Source: a virus
Virus record (IMG/VR): IMGVR_UViG_3300045988_066950
DNA length: 60,220 nucleotides
Reading direction: 5' to 3' (one strand)
Positions within the stretch are counted from its first letter, which is position 1, and every line of letters begins with the position of its first letter. The translations under genes were made by a program, and so were the position numbers. A model generated the notes under the pieces. The model was not told the origin of the DNA. It was given only the letters and a program-made list of their open reading frames with translations, and ran no database searches. Shown here piece by piece: positions 29,537 to 38,425 of this stretch.

Positions 29537-29928
29537 TTCAGTTTTTGCTCCTCCATGTATGCCGCCCATTGGCGGTCTTTTTCGGCTTTCATCGACTTAT
29601 CCATCGCGGTCATCATGCGGCGCACGACCTCAGCGGCGATTTGCGGCTTTTTAGAACCCTCGGCGATGTCCGGGCTGTCAGCCGTCCAGCGGGCGGTCAC
29701 GACGACGCTGGGCACCGCCCCGGCGTAGTAGAAACAGGCATCCACAGCGTCACAGTAGAGGTAGGAACGGATGCGCGGGGTGGCGCGGGTACTGCCGAGC
29801 ATCGTCATGCCACGCTCGGCAAGGGTCTGAGGGGTAGAGGTAACGATACGATCATTGATGTGGGCATTATGCGCCGCCTCGCGCAGACAGCGCTCCCGGA
29901 TTTCATCGGTGATTTTCAAGTGCATCAT
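29533..29928 (-). CDS. hypothetical protein
   Basis: 131-aa ORF. Confidence 0.4.
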   Translation of the reverse strand: MMHLKITDEIRERCLREAAHNAHINDRIVTSTPQTLAERGMTMLGSTRATPRIRSYLYCDAVDACFYYAGAVPSVVVTARWTADSPDIAEGSKKPQIAAEVVRRMMTAMDKSMKAEKDRQWAAYMEEQKLK

Positions 29929-29937
29929 AGTGGCACC

Positions 29938-30333
29938 TCACCGCAACAGCGAGTTAAAAAGGCGCTCGGCGGCTGTTCTGCTGGCGCACTCGCGCAGGGC
30001 ATCGCGTTCATTCATCGCCAGAGCGCCCGCCCGCATCAGCAAATCCATAGCTTTTGCAAGGGGCAAATCGTAGTTGGTGACGCACATACCGTGGACAATA
30101 CGCTGATGGTAGGTGCGCCGTCCGCGCTCAATCAGGTCACGAATGGCCTTTGCCCCGGCGAACATAGCGACGCCCGCCTGCCGATACACGGCCAGTTCAC
30201 GGGCCATGTCGGCCACGACATTGAGTTTTTTCAAATCCTCGGCGCTTTCATTGCACCACAGGACATCCTCAACTGCGCCGGTCTTTTCGTTGTAGATGAC
30301 GGAGTATTTACTGTCCCGAATGTCGATCCTCAT
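29938..30333 (-). CDS. hypothetical protein
   Basis: 131-aa ORF. Confidence 0.4.
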   Translation of the reverse strand: MRIDIRDSKYSVIYNEKTGAVEDVLWCNESAEDLKKLNVVADMARELAVYRQAGVAMFAGAKAIRDLIERGRRTYHQRIVHGMCVTNYDLPLAKAMDLLMRAGALAMNERDALRECASRTAAERLFNSLLR

Positions 30334-30640
30334 GGCTGCTCACCTCCCAGAGCTTTTCGTCGTGTAGCCGTTCGTTCCACCGCCGATGCTTTGCGGACAT
30401 CGTCCTGCCGACCTCGGCGGGGTCATTCAGTGCGGCGGGCAAAATACTGATGCACAATTCCACATCCGCGATTTCCTCTTGCAGATTGGCAACACAATCC
30501 GCGCGGGATTTCGGCGTGGGGTTCTCGTTGCGTATCTTGCGGGCCATCTTGAGCGCGGCCTGCGCCAGTTCAGCCGATTCCTCGGCGAGTTGTTCCAGCA
30601 GTGCCGCCGTGCCGATCATCTCCAAAACGTCATCGGGCAT
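30308..30640 (-). CDS. MazG-like nucleotide pyrophosphohydrolase
   Basis: EESAELAQA...EEIADVE helical EExxE/D pattern. Confidence 0.65.
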   Translation of the reverse strand: MPDDVLEMIGTAALLEQLAEESAELAQAALKMARKIRNENPTPKSRADCVANLQEEIADVELCISILPAALNDPAEVGRTMSAKHRRWNERLHDEKLWEVSSHEDRHSGQ

Positions 30641-31013
30641 CGTCTGTACCTCCCACAATGTCAGCTAGATTGATAATCTCGCCGGGACGCAGATTATTAA
30701 AAGCCCCTGTCGGTAGCGGAATGGTGCGCTGTCCCTCGCCCTTAAAATAGCGGTGATTCGGATTAGGTTTCGCCTCAATAGGCCAGACGATAGTTTTTGC
30801 AAACGGCATCATGGCCTTTGCAAGCGCGATGTCCTGTGCAGACCAGATTGAGGGTAACTCCCAATTATTAGGTGAACTTTCGCATAAAATGCAAAACCCG
30901 CTATCCTCACGGGCAAAGCACCCCTTGCAAACGTCTGTTCCGTTTTCGTTACAATATCTGGACAGATAGTCCGCCGCGCGGCGGGCATCCGCAGAGTTTG
31001 TCGTCCGTTCCAT
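30630..31013 (-). CDS. hypothetical Cys-rich protein
   Basis: 127-aa ORF. Confidence 0.35.
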   Translation of the reverse strand: MERTTNSADARRAADYLSRYCNENGTDVCKGCFAREDSGFCILCESSPNNWELPSIWSAQDIALAKAMMPFAKTIVWPIEAKPNPNHRYFKGEGQRTIPLPTGAFNNLRPGEIINLADIVGGTDDAR

Positions 31014-31016
31014 GCT

Positions 31017-31991
31017 TTACTCCTCCTTTGCCATCAAATCCTTACCGCACAGCGGGCAGATTTTGCCGTCAACCTTGATGCCGCACACGGGGCAGCGCAG
31101 GCGCACATTGGTGTTGATTTCATGGCTGTCGGCCTCACTAGCCGCGCTCTCAAGGTTTTTCACGGCCTGTGCGTAGTAGCTATCTTTCAGTTCGATGCCT
31201 AGCCCACGACGACCCATGAGTACGGCCTGATAGGGCACAGAACCGATACCCGCAAACGGATCAAGCACGATGTCGCCGGGATTCGTCCACAGGTCGATGC
31301 ACCGCTCGATTACATCCAACTGCAACGGGCAGATGTGCTTTTCATCCTTTTCATCGCGGGCGCTCTTGCGCTGCAAGGTGTTGGACTGCCGCACATCCAT
31401 CCAGACCGGTGATGCGTATTTCTGCCACACATCCACTGGGAACGATTCATGGTCGTGGGGGATAGGCTCAGGGTTTTCACCGGGCTTGCGGAATGTCACC
31501 ACATAATCAGGCAGCCCCTGCCTCGACATCGCAGAATCCTTGCGGATCTGCTTGTGTAGCAAGCCGAGGGCTTTCGTGCGCTGCATCTCCGTGACAGGGT
31601 TTTTCCAGATGCACACCTCCGAATGGAAGATGAACCCGTACTCGGTCATCTCGCGGATAATGTCACCGCGAAAATCCTTGATGCCGATAAAGCCGTCACG
31701 GGATTTCATGGCGGGCAGATTCATGCAGTGGATAGATACCAGCCGCCCCGGCATGATGACCCGGTACAGCTCCGCCACGAGGTAGCCGAAATGCTGTGCA
31801 AACTCCGCGCCATCGCTGCTGTTGCTCATGTCCCGATCACTGTTGGAGTAGGTGTACAGGCTGGCGAACGGCGGGGAAAAGATGGAGTAGTGGACGCTGT
31901 TATCGGGGATGCCGCGCAGGGTTTCCACGCAATCCCCCTGATACATTGCCCAGCGCTGTGCGCTGTCAATCAACTGATTAAGCACATTCAT
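31017..31991 (-). CDS. beta-class amino DNA methyltransferase (SPPF motif, possibly N4-cytosine) with a C-terminal zinc ribbon
   Basis: Contains FSPPFASLY, a later AdoMet-binding region DPFAGIGS, and a C-terminal CPVCG...CPLCG. Confidence 0.75.
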   Translation of the reverse strand: MNVLNQLIDSAQRWAMYQGDCVETLRGIPDNSVHYSIFSPPFASLYTYSNSDRDMSNSSDGAEFAQHFGYLVAELYRVIMPGRLVSIHCMNLPAMKSRDGFIGIKDFRGDIIREMTEYGFIFHSEVCIWKNPVTEMQRTKALGLLHKQIRKDSAMSRQGLPDYVVTFRKPGENPEPIPHDHESFPVDVWQKYASPVWMDVRQSNTLQRKSARDEKDEKHICPLQLDVIERCIDLWTNPGDIVLDPFAGIGSVPYQAVLMGRRGLGIELKDSYYAQAVKNLESAASEADSHEINTNVRLRCPVCGIKVDGKICPLCGKDLMAKEE

Positions 31992-33363
31992 GTCTAAATT
32001 CCTCCCATGCAGGTAGGCGCATAGCCGTCTGCGGTTCATAGGGCGTTGTCAGGCGGCAGGTGCTTTGCAACTGCTTTTTGACGATCTCGCGGGTCTGTTC
32101 GCCCATTGCGGCCCGCATTTTATCGCAATCGGCTTGCTTGCGCTCGATATTGGCCTTGACCGCGCCCTCGCGGGCACTGATAACGATGTACACATCCACC
32201 GGCTCAGACTGCCCAAAACGCCAACAGCGGCGCACAGCCTGATAATATTGCTCATAACTGTCAGACAAACCGACAAAAATCATCTTGTGGCAGTTCTGCC
32301 AGTTCATGCCGAATCCGGCAATAGAGGGCTTTGTGACGAGCGCCCGGTTAAAGCCCATCGAAAAGCCCAGCAGGCGGGAACTTTTCAGCGCGGCCCTATC
32401 ACTGCCCTTGACCTCTACCGCATCGGGGATGCCGTGCGCCAGTGCTTCACTCTCCGAATTGAGGTCGCACCACACGAGCCACTGTTCACCAGGGTCGCCA
32501 TTCACCAGATCGGCCACCGCTTGACACCGTTCTGCGAGTGTAGCCCGTCTGGCCTCCCGCCGCTGCGTCAGCGTCATGCTCTCGGTAATCGGTGCATCTC
32601 CGTCCACGATGACCTCATGCACCCTCAGCGGCGGGAGGTCGTACCCCGGCAGGTCATAGCCGAGGTCTGCGGGACTGTTCATAACCACAGCCCAACTACC
32701 CAGCCATTGCCAGAAAACATCCTCAGCGTGACCTTTGAGCCGCCATTTGGAGGTCTGCCCGCCATCATGGACAAAGAACATAGACAGCATCTCAGAGTAG
32801 GACATTATGCCCAAAAATTCCGCGTGATTGCCAAGCTCCATAAAGTCATTGGGCGCGGGGGTGGCGGTGCAGGCCAGCCTGAACGGCGTATCCGAGAAAA
32901 AGTCGATGATCTGATTACGCACCTTGCCCGTAAAGGATTTCAGGATGCTGGATTCATCCAGCACTACGGCAGAGAAATGCACCCCGGCGAATTTGTCCAG
33001 TTTTTCATAGTTGGTAATGTTCACACCGGGCTGAATATCATCGGCGGTTTCGCAGAGGGTGACGGGCACTCCGAATTTCAAGCCTTCGCCCACGGTCTGA
33101 GGGGAAACGGTAAGCGGCGCCACAATGAGGGCATTTCCACCTGTATGCACACACACCCGATGCGCCCATTCAAGCTGCATCGCGGTCTTGCCAAGGCCGC
33201 AATCGGCAAAAATAGCGGCGCGGCCCTTTGCCAGCGCCCACCGCACGATGTCTTTTTGAAAGTCGTACAGCTTGTCGTTGAGATCGTTCACGGTCAGAAC
33301 GATGCTGTCGGTATGTACTGCCCGCTCCGACTTGTGAACAACGAAATCAGAATAATTTTCCAT
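31978..33363 (-). CDS. SNF2/DEAD-like helicase associated with the methyltransferases
   Basis: DCGLGKT, VLDESS, and a C-terminal RRCWRFGQ motif. Confidence 0.8.
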   Translation of the reverse strand: MENYSDFVVHKSERAVHTDSIVLTVNDLNDKLYDFQKDIVRWALAKGRAAIFADCGLGKTAMQLEWAHRVCVHTGGNALIVAPLTVSPQTVGEGLKFGVPVTLCETADDIQPGVNITNYEKLDKFAGVHFSAVVLDESSILKSFTGKVRNQIIDFFSDTPFRLACTATPAPNDFMELGNHAEFLGIMSYSEMLSMFFVHDGGQTSKWRLKGHAEDVFWQWLGSWAVVMNSPADLGYDLPGYDLPPLRVHEVIVDGDAPITESMTLTQRREARRATLAERCQAVADLVNGDPGEQWLVWCDLNSESEALAHGIPDAVEVKGSDRAALKSSRLLGFSMGFNRALVTKPSIAGFGMNWQNCHKMIFVGLSDSYEQYYQAVRRCWRFGQSEPVDVYIVISAREGAVKANIERKQADCDKMRAAMGEQTREIVKKQLQSTCRLTTPYEPQTAMRLPAWEEFRHECA

Positions 33364-35155
33364 CCTCTACCTCCGGGAACCATTTCTTCGTAACCGCGAT
33401 GGGAAACTCCTCAATCTCCGAGGCCCAAACGCACAACTCTTTGCGCCCAGCGTGTAGCTGTGCCCACACATACGGGAATCCACCAATACCATCAAACAAA
33501 CTGCCGAGGGTAGCGTCATCCGGCAGACGGTCAGAGATGCCGCCGAGAACGTAGTACCACTGCGGCAGGGCGATGGAGTTACCCAGTGCTTTATATCGGG
33601 GCGTGTCAGCGTCCTTATGGGTCTTGCCCTTGCTGTCTATCCAGCTACCAAGGTCTGTCCATCCATCGGGATAGCCCTGCAGGCGCTCACACTCGGTAGG
33701 GGTCAGCCGCCTCACAATCCAGCGGATGATTTTTTCAATCACCGATGGCCCTGTGTTAGCTCCGCCCTGCCCGGTAGCAGTCGTCAGAGTTACAGCCCTA
33801 TCGCCCGTTAGAGTACCGTTATACAGGTCTGCACCTACGGGCTGGGCGATTACTCTACCGAGAGAATCTGCCCTGCCGGGACCCTTATAATCGCGGGCCA
33901 GTAGCGCACCTGCTACGGTATCGCCCTGTAATGTGATGGCTGTATAGTCGGTGACGCGGCTGTTGTGGTCGCCGGTCATGGTAGGAGATGTGATGCCGTC
34001 GCCGTTGCCCCGCGCATCATAGATAAGCGGCTCGGCTACGGGATTGATGTAGTTGAGGCTTTGCCCGCCGTTGTCTTTTGCCTGCAAGGTTGCGGACAGT
34101 TCTTCATTGGCGGTCATATTGCGGCAGTCAAGCGCGAACGCAACGGCAGGGCGATCAATCGTATTCAGTGTGTAACAGACATCCTCTTTGACACCGGTGC
34201 CGTTTGCACCCGCCGTGTCTGCGCGGTCAATCGTGTTGCCCTGAATACAGAATGTCGGTTCGACAATAGCGATGCCGCCCTGATTCTTTGCGGGGTCAGG
34301 CGGTTCGGCCACAAAAAGCGTCTGATCTTGCAAGGTGGAGAGGGTGGCGCTCTTTTCGGTCTGCACCAACGCACCCTTGCCGCCGCCATCACACCCGGAA
34401 CGGATTTTTAAGGTGTATGCTTTGGCAATATCAGGACAACAGACCCCATGCTCATGACCCTCCTGCAATGTATAGGCGGCATCACCCGCCTGCCCAACGC
34501 CAAGACCCGTTCTCTCTCCGAGAGATTTGTGACGGGTCGCAATTTGGAGGTTTACGGGGATGGCATCTGTGCAATCTGCTGTTCCAGCGCCGTTTTCAAC
34601 AGCTCCGGCAGCTGCTTGCCCCGGCGTGATGCCCGGCGCAAAATGCCCTCGCAGGCTCTCCGGCTCAAATAGTATTTCTCCGGCACGCCCACCTGTAAGA
34701 TCGAGGACAAGCGAGATGCGCAGGCGACGTTGGGGAACGCCCCAGTGCTGGGCATCCATAGTTCGCCACGCCAGCGAGTAGTGGTCTGCCAGAATTGCCC
34801 CGGCGCGGGGCCATTTGATCCCCCCCCGTGCGTTCGTAGGTCTAGGAATAACAGCGTTGGGGTCGATGACCCGACAGAGGCTTTGGAGGACGGCATGAAA
34901 ATCTTCTCCTTTGTTTGAACTGAACGCGCCGGAAACATTCTCCCAGACAGCGTATTTGGGGTACGCACCAAAAGTGGCGTATCTCATTTCGCGGATGATG
35001 CGGACAGCCTCAGAGAACAGTCCAGAGCGTTCTCCGGCCATACCGGCCCTTTTTCCGGCGATGGAAAGGTCTTGACACGGCGATCCGAACGTGATGACAT
35101 CCACGGGCGGGATGGTGTACCCGCTCATTTTCGTAATGTCGCCAAGATGTACCAT
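33347..35155 (-). CDS. C5-cytosine DNA methyltransferase, circularly permuted motif order, very long variable region
   Basis: Motif order is GDIT (III), GSPCQDLS (IV), WENV (VI), QRRLR (VIII), about 330 aa of variable region, RRLTPTECERLQGYP (IX), GNSIALP (X), LFDGIGGF (I), ASEIEE (II). ATG preceded by GAGGAGG. Confidence 0.8.
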   Translation of the reverse strand: MVHLGDITKMSGYTIPPVDVITFGSPCQDLSIAGKRAGMAGERSGLFSEAVRIIREMRYATFGAYPKYAVWENVSGAFSSNKGEDFHAVLQSLCRVIDPNAVIPRPTNARGGIKWPRAGAILADHYSLAWRTMDAQHWGVPQRRLRISLVLDLTGGRAGEILFEPESLRGHFAPGITPGQAAAGAVENGAGTADCTDAIPVNLQIATRHKSLGERTGLGVGQAGDAAYTLQEGHEHGVCCPDIAKAYTLKIRSGCDGGGKGALVQTEKSATLSTLQDQTLFVAEPPDPAKNQGGIAIVEPTFCIQGNTIDRADTAGANGTGVKEDVCYTLNTIDRPAVAFALDCRNMTANEELSATLQAKDNGGQSLNYINPVAEPLIYDARGNGDGITSPTMTGDHNSRVTDYTAITLQGDTVAGALLARDYKGPGRADSLGRVIAQPVGADLYNGTLTGDRAVTLTTATGQGGANTGPSVIEKIIRWIVRRLTPTECERLQGYPDGWTDLGSWIDSKGKTHKDADTPRYKALGNSIALPQWYYVLGGISDRLPDDATLGSLFDGIGGFPYVWAQLHAGRKELCVWASEIEEFPIAVTKKWFPEVEDGKLF

Positions 35156-35157
35156 CG

Positions 35158-35640
35158 TCAAGCCTCCTCAGTAACAGTGGCAGCGTGTGTAGCCATCAGT
35201 GCTTTGCGCTCGGCCATCAAAATCTGCCCCAGCTTATTCAGCCCCTTAGTTCCCTCACTACGGCAGCGGGCGCATCCGCAAACGCCCCAGTAGTTGTCGT
35301 TCCACGTGTTACCCTCGATCAACTCGGCATCGCCAGTGTCGATAAGGGCCTGTGCAAGGGCGGGATTTTGGGAAAATTTCGCATGGATGACATCAGCCAT
35401 GATGCTGTCACGCTCTTTCTCCCATCCCTTGCGCAGTTTGATTTTGCGCCCGATTGCTTTCGCCACATTGGGCGGGACAGTGCAGAACGCCGCGCGGTCA
35501 ATCGGGACATTGCATTTTGCTGCCTGAAAAGCAGCCTCAGCACTCCGATAAGTCAACCCATCAATAGTGACGGGGCAGGCGCAGTAGTTGCTCAAAAAGT
35601 GGTATTCGCCGGTAAAGGCGGTGATTTGTACCTTGCTCAT
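35158..35640 (-). CDS. NADAR (YbiA/DUF1768) domain protein
   Basis: FTGEYHFLSNY...YRSAEAAFQAAK...NYWG pattern. Confidence 0.7.
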   Translation of the reverse strand: MSKVQITAFTGEYHFLSNYCACPVTIDGLTYRSAEAAFQAAKCNVPIDRAAFCTVPPNVAKAIGRKIKLRKGWEKERDSIMADVIHAKFSQNPALAQALIDTGDAELIEGNTWNDNYWGVCGCARCRSEGTKGLNKLGQILMAERKALMATHAATVTEEA

Positions 35641-35945
35641 CTTCTTTTACGTTTCCTTTCTCGGCTTGTCGCCTTGACCTCGACGCCCGAATCGTGAAGC
35701 ATCGAGCGCATGAACAGGTCGCCTAAATCTTCGGTCTGGTATTCCATGTACTTGTCCACGACGGCATCAAAATGATTGACGACACGCTGGACGGTTCGCG
35801 GGGAAAGACCACATTGGAGCATGGACAGCGCCCAAACGTACTGAGCGCGGGTGCTGATGTCGGCGCGTTCTTTCATAACGGCCTCATGGACGCGCCGTTC
35901 CATGACCTTTTTGCCGTTCTGGTCAAGATGAATTAACGCTTTCAT
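35637..35945 (-). CDS. hypothetical basic-tailed protein
   Basis: Start MKALIHLD. C-terminal RERKRKRR. Confidence 0.35.
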   Translation of the reverse strand: MKALIHLDQNGKKVMERRVHEAVMKERADISTRAQYVWALSMLQCGLSPRTVQRVVNHFDAVVDKYMEYQTEDLGDLFMRSMLHDSGVEVKATSRERKRKRR

Positions 35946-35952
35946 ACGGCAA

Positions 35953-37980
35953 TCAGTCCTTTTTGAAGTATTTATCAACCCAGCCATCCGCGTTGAGGGG
36001 GAGCATCTGCGCCCATGGGATAGGCTTTGTCATTATTTTGGTGACGGTTTCCAGCATCGTGTCCTCATCGGCCCATGCGGGAGTGTCGATGACGACTTCA
36101 TCATGGATGTGGAATACAACGTGTAGCCCCTGCGCCTCCAGATTTTCAATGGCGATTGCCAGACAATCACGGGCGATGGCCTGCACGATGTTCTCCACGA
36201 GCTTGCCGCCGTAGGTTTCAACCCTCTCCCATCGTTTGGTCGTCTGATTCTGACCCATATAGCTGACCGAGGGATTGCCCCAGCGGTTTACGCCGATTTC
36301 GGGGGACGGGTAGTACAGCTTGCGCCCGGATGGCAGCAGAATCGTCATGTACCGAGTGCCGGTGATGACATCCAGTTCACAAGCCAGAGTGATTACGGCA
36401 TCGGTAGTTTCGGAGCGGATGGTCTGTGCGCCGCCGTTGGTGATGACGGTGACGGCGGCGGAATCAACGATGTTCCACAAATCGCGTATCATCGAGTTTG
36501 TTTCGCGCCATCTGTCCACGATGCCCTTGACTTCATCATCGGAGAGGTCATCAAGGTTGTGTCCTGTGTCCATGCGGCGCATCGCACTGACACCGCCCTG
36601 ATAGCCAAGGGCCAGTTCTGCAACTTTGCCGCGCTGGCGCAGGGCGTATTCGGGGTTGCCCTTTTTGATTTTTTCGATGGGCACATGGAACATCTGCGAT
36701 GCCGACGCCTCATAGATTTTGCCGTGGGTACGGAAAACCTCAAGCCGCCATTCCTGCCCAGCCAGCCACGAGATGACGCGGGCCTCAATGGCCGAGAAGT
36801 CGGCATCGATCAGAACATTGCCGGGGGTCGCCACAAAGGCAGTGCGGATAAGCTGCGACAGGGTATCGTTTATGCTGCCGTAAATCATCCGCAAACCGGC
36901 TATATTGCGGTCTTTGACGAGCTGACGCGCCGGGGGCAAGGGGTGGGTATAGGTGCGGGGGAGGTTCTGCACCTGTACCAGACGACCCGCCCAGCGCCCG
37001 GTACGGTTGGCACCGTAGAATTGGAGCAGGCCACGGACACGACCATCATCCGCGATGCAGGTTTCCAGCGCGTCATATTTTTTGGTGCTGGTCTTGCCGA
37101 GTTCCTGTCGGATTTCGAGCATCCGCTGCACATTGGCGGGTTGCGGCTGTTTCAGCATCGTGGCGACGGTTTCTTTGGTGACGCTGGTAATTTCTGCGTC
37201 GCTGTCCGTGGCATCGGTCAGCCATTGGGCAAGCTGCTTGATGGAGTTGGGATTGTCCAGCCCGGAAAGCTGACGGGCCTCGGCCATCAACTGGCTTTTG
37301 ACCGTAGCGCCGATGACGAGAGCGCCGCTCACCATTTCCATGTCAGCGGCCACGCCCCGCGCGTTCATCGTCAAGTCGGTTTCCCATTGCTTTTGCACAA
37401 ACGCGGGCACGGGAAACGCCGACAGGCGGCGGTCAATTTCCATTTCGGTTACAACGTCCTGCCCGTTGTACTCCTTGAACAGTTTCCATTTGGCGGGGTC
37501 GTGCTTGGGTAGATTGCGGGTGCGGTTCCCGTTGGCATTGGAGGGCTTGCAGGGAACGCAGAAATAGCGGATAAGGGCCTTGCCCGTCGTCAACTTTTTC
37601 TTATCTTCGGGCAGGCCCATCGCCCTGCCCGCCGCGTCCAGAGAGGCCGGGTAACCGCAGTAGAGCGCGTGGAGCATCGTATCGCGCCACTGATCGGGGG
37701 GCAGCCATCCCAGATACTTGCTGAGAGCGAACCATTCAAAGGCCGCATTGTAGGCGTGTTTGATGTACAGGGGATTTTTGAGGGCATTTTTCAGCCAAAG
37801 GGGAATGACCTGTCCACTTGCCACGTCGATGACCTCAACGGGCATCCCATCGAGACTGTACGCGAAAAGCAGAATCTCAAAAGACGGGTCGAGGATATAT
37901 CGGTATGACCCCGCCGCGCCGATGCTGACGGTACTGTAAGTCTCAAGGTCGATACTCAGATGGTGTAGCTGTTCACTCAT
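35953..37980 (-). CDS. polA: family A DNA polymerase with a 3'-5' exonuclease domain
   Basis: SIDLETYS (Exo I) and HIHDEVVID (motif C). About 675 aa. Confidence 0.9.
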   Translation of the reverse strand: MSEQLHHLSIDLETYSTVSIGAAGSYRYILDPSFEILLFAYSLDGMPVEVIDVASGQVIPLWLKNALKNPLYIKHAYNAAFEWFALSKYLGWLPPDQWRDTMLHALYCGYPASLDAAGRAMGLPEDKKKLTTGKALIRYFCVPCKPSNANGNRTRNLPKHDPAKWKLFKEYNGQDVVTEMEIDRRLSAFPVPAFVQKQWETDLTMNARGVAADMEMVSGALVIGATVKSQLMAEARQLSGLDNPNSIKQLAQWLTDATDSDAEITSVTKETVATMLKQPQPANVQRMLEIRQELGKTSTKKYDALETCIADDGRVRGLLQFYGANRTGRWAGRLVQVQNLPRTYTHPLPPARQLVKDRNIAGLRMIYGSINDTLSQLIRTAFVATPGNVLIDADFSAIEARVISWLAGQEWRLEVFRTHGKIYEASASQMFHVPIEKIKKGNPEYALRQRGKVAELALGYQGGVSAMRRMDTGHNLDDLSDDEVKGIVDRWRETNSMIRDLWNIVDSAAVTVITNGGAQTIRSETTDAVITLACELDVITGTRYMTILLPSGRKLYYPSPEIGVNRWGNPSVSYMGQNQTTKRWERVETYGGKLVENIVQAIARDCLAIAIENLEAQGLHVVFHIHDEVVIDTPAWADEDTMLETVTKIMTKPIPWAQMLPLNADGWVDKYFKKD

Positions 37981-38356
37981 TGCCGTTCTCCTCATATCCG
38001 AGTTCAGCCAAAACCGAGCCAATCAGCACGGAGGTGTTGACCCCACGCCCCTCAAGGGTAATGACGATAGCCGTAAACAGGGGCGTACCCTGTACCCACT
38101 GAACAATCTCACGAGGAGTCATGGAAGTGGCATTGTGGATAGATGCGACGGCATCTTCGTCAACAAGATCATTCGCTCTCCAAACATTGCGGGTCTGGCG
38201 CTCAATATCGCAGACGAGCATCGTCTGCACGGTTTCGGGGCGGCGCAGGAGCATCCGTACAATGTTCATAAGGTGCGAGGTTTCCAGTTCCTTGATACTT
38301 ACAGCCGTATCATTGTTTGTGCGCCAAATCTCGGCGCTGTCAAATCTGGTTTTCAT
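37973..38356 (-). CDS. hypothetical protein
   Basis: 127-aa ORF. Confidence 0.4.
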   Translation of the reverse strand: MKTRFDSAEIWRTNNDTAVSIKELETSHLMNIVRMLLRRPETVQTMLVCDIERQTRNVWRANDLVDEDAVASIHNATSMTPREIVQWVQGTPLFTAIVITLEGRGVNTSVLIGSVLAELGYEENGNE

Positions 38357-38398
38357 TTGGGCATTTCCTTTCCTTATTTATAAGGGAATCCGCATAGG

Positions 38399-38419
38399 CC
38401 GCGCCCACAAGGGGCGCGG
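38399..38419 (-). promoter_or_regulatory. GC hairpin downstream of VR2 (CCGCGCCC / GGGCGCGG, 5-nt loop)
   Basis: Identical sequence to 57533-57553. Lies 23 nt beyond VR2. Confidence 0.7.
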
Positions 38420-38425
38420 GGATAA

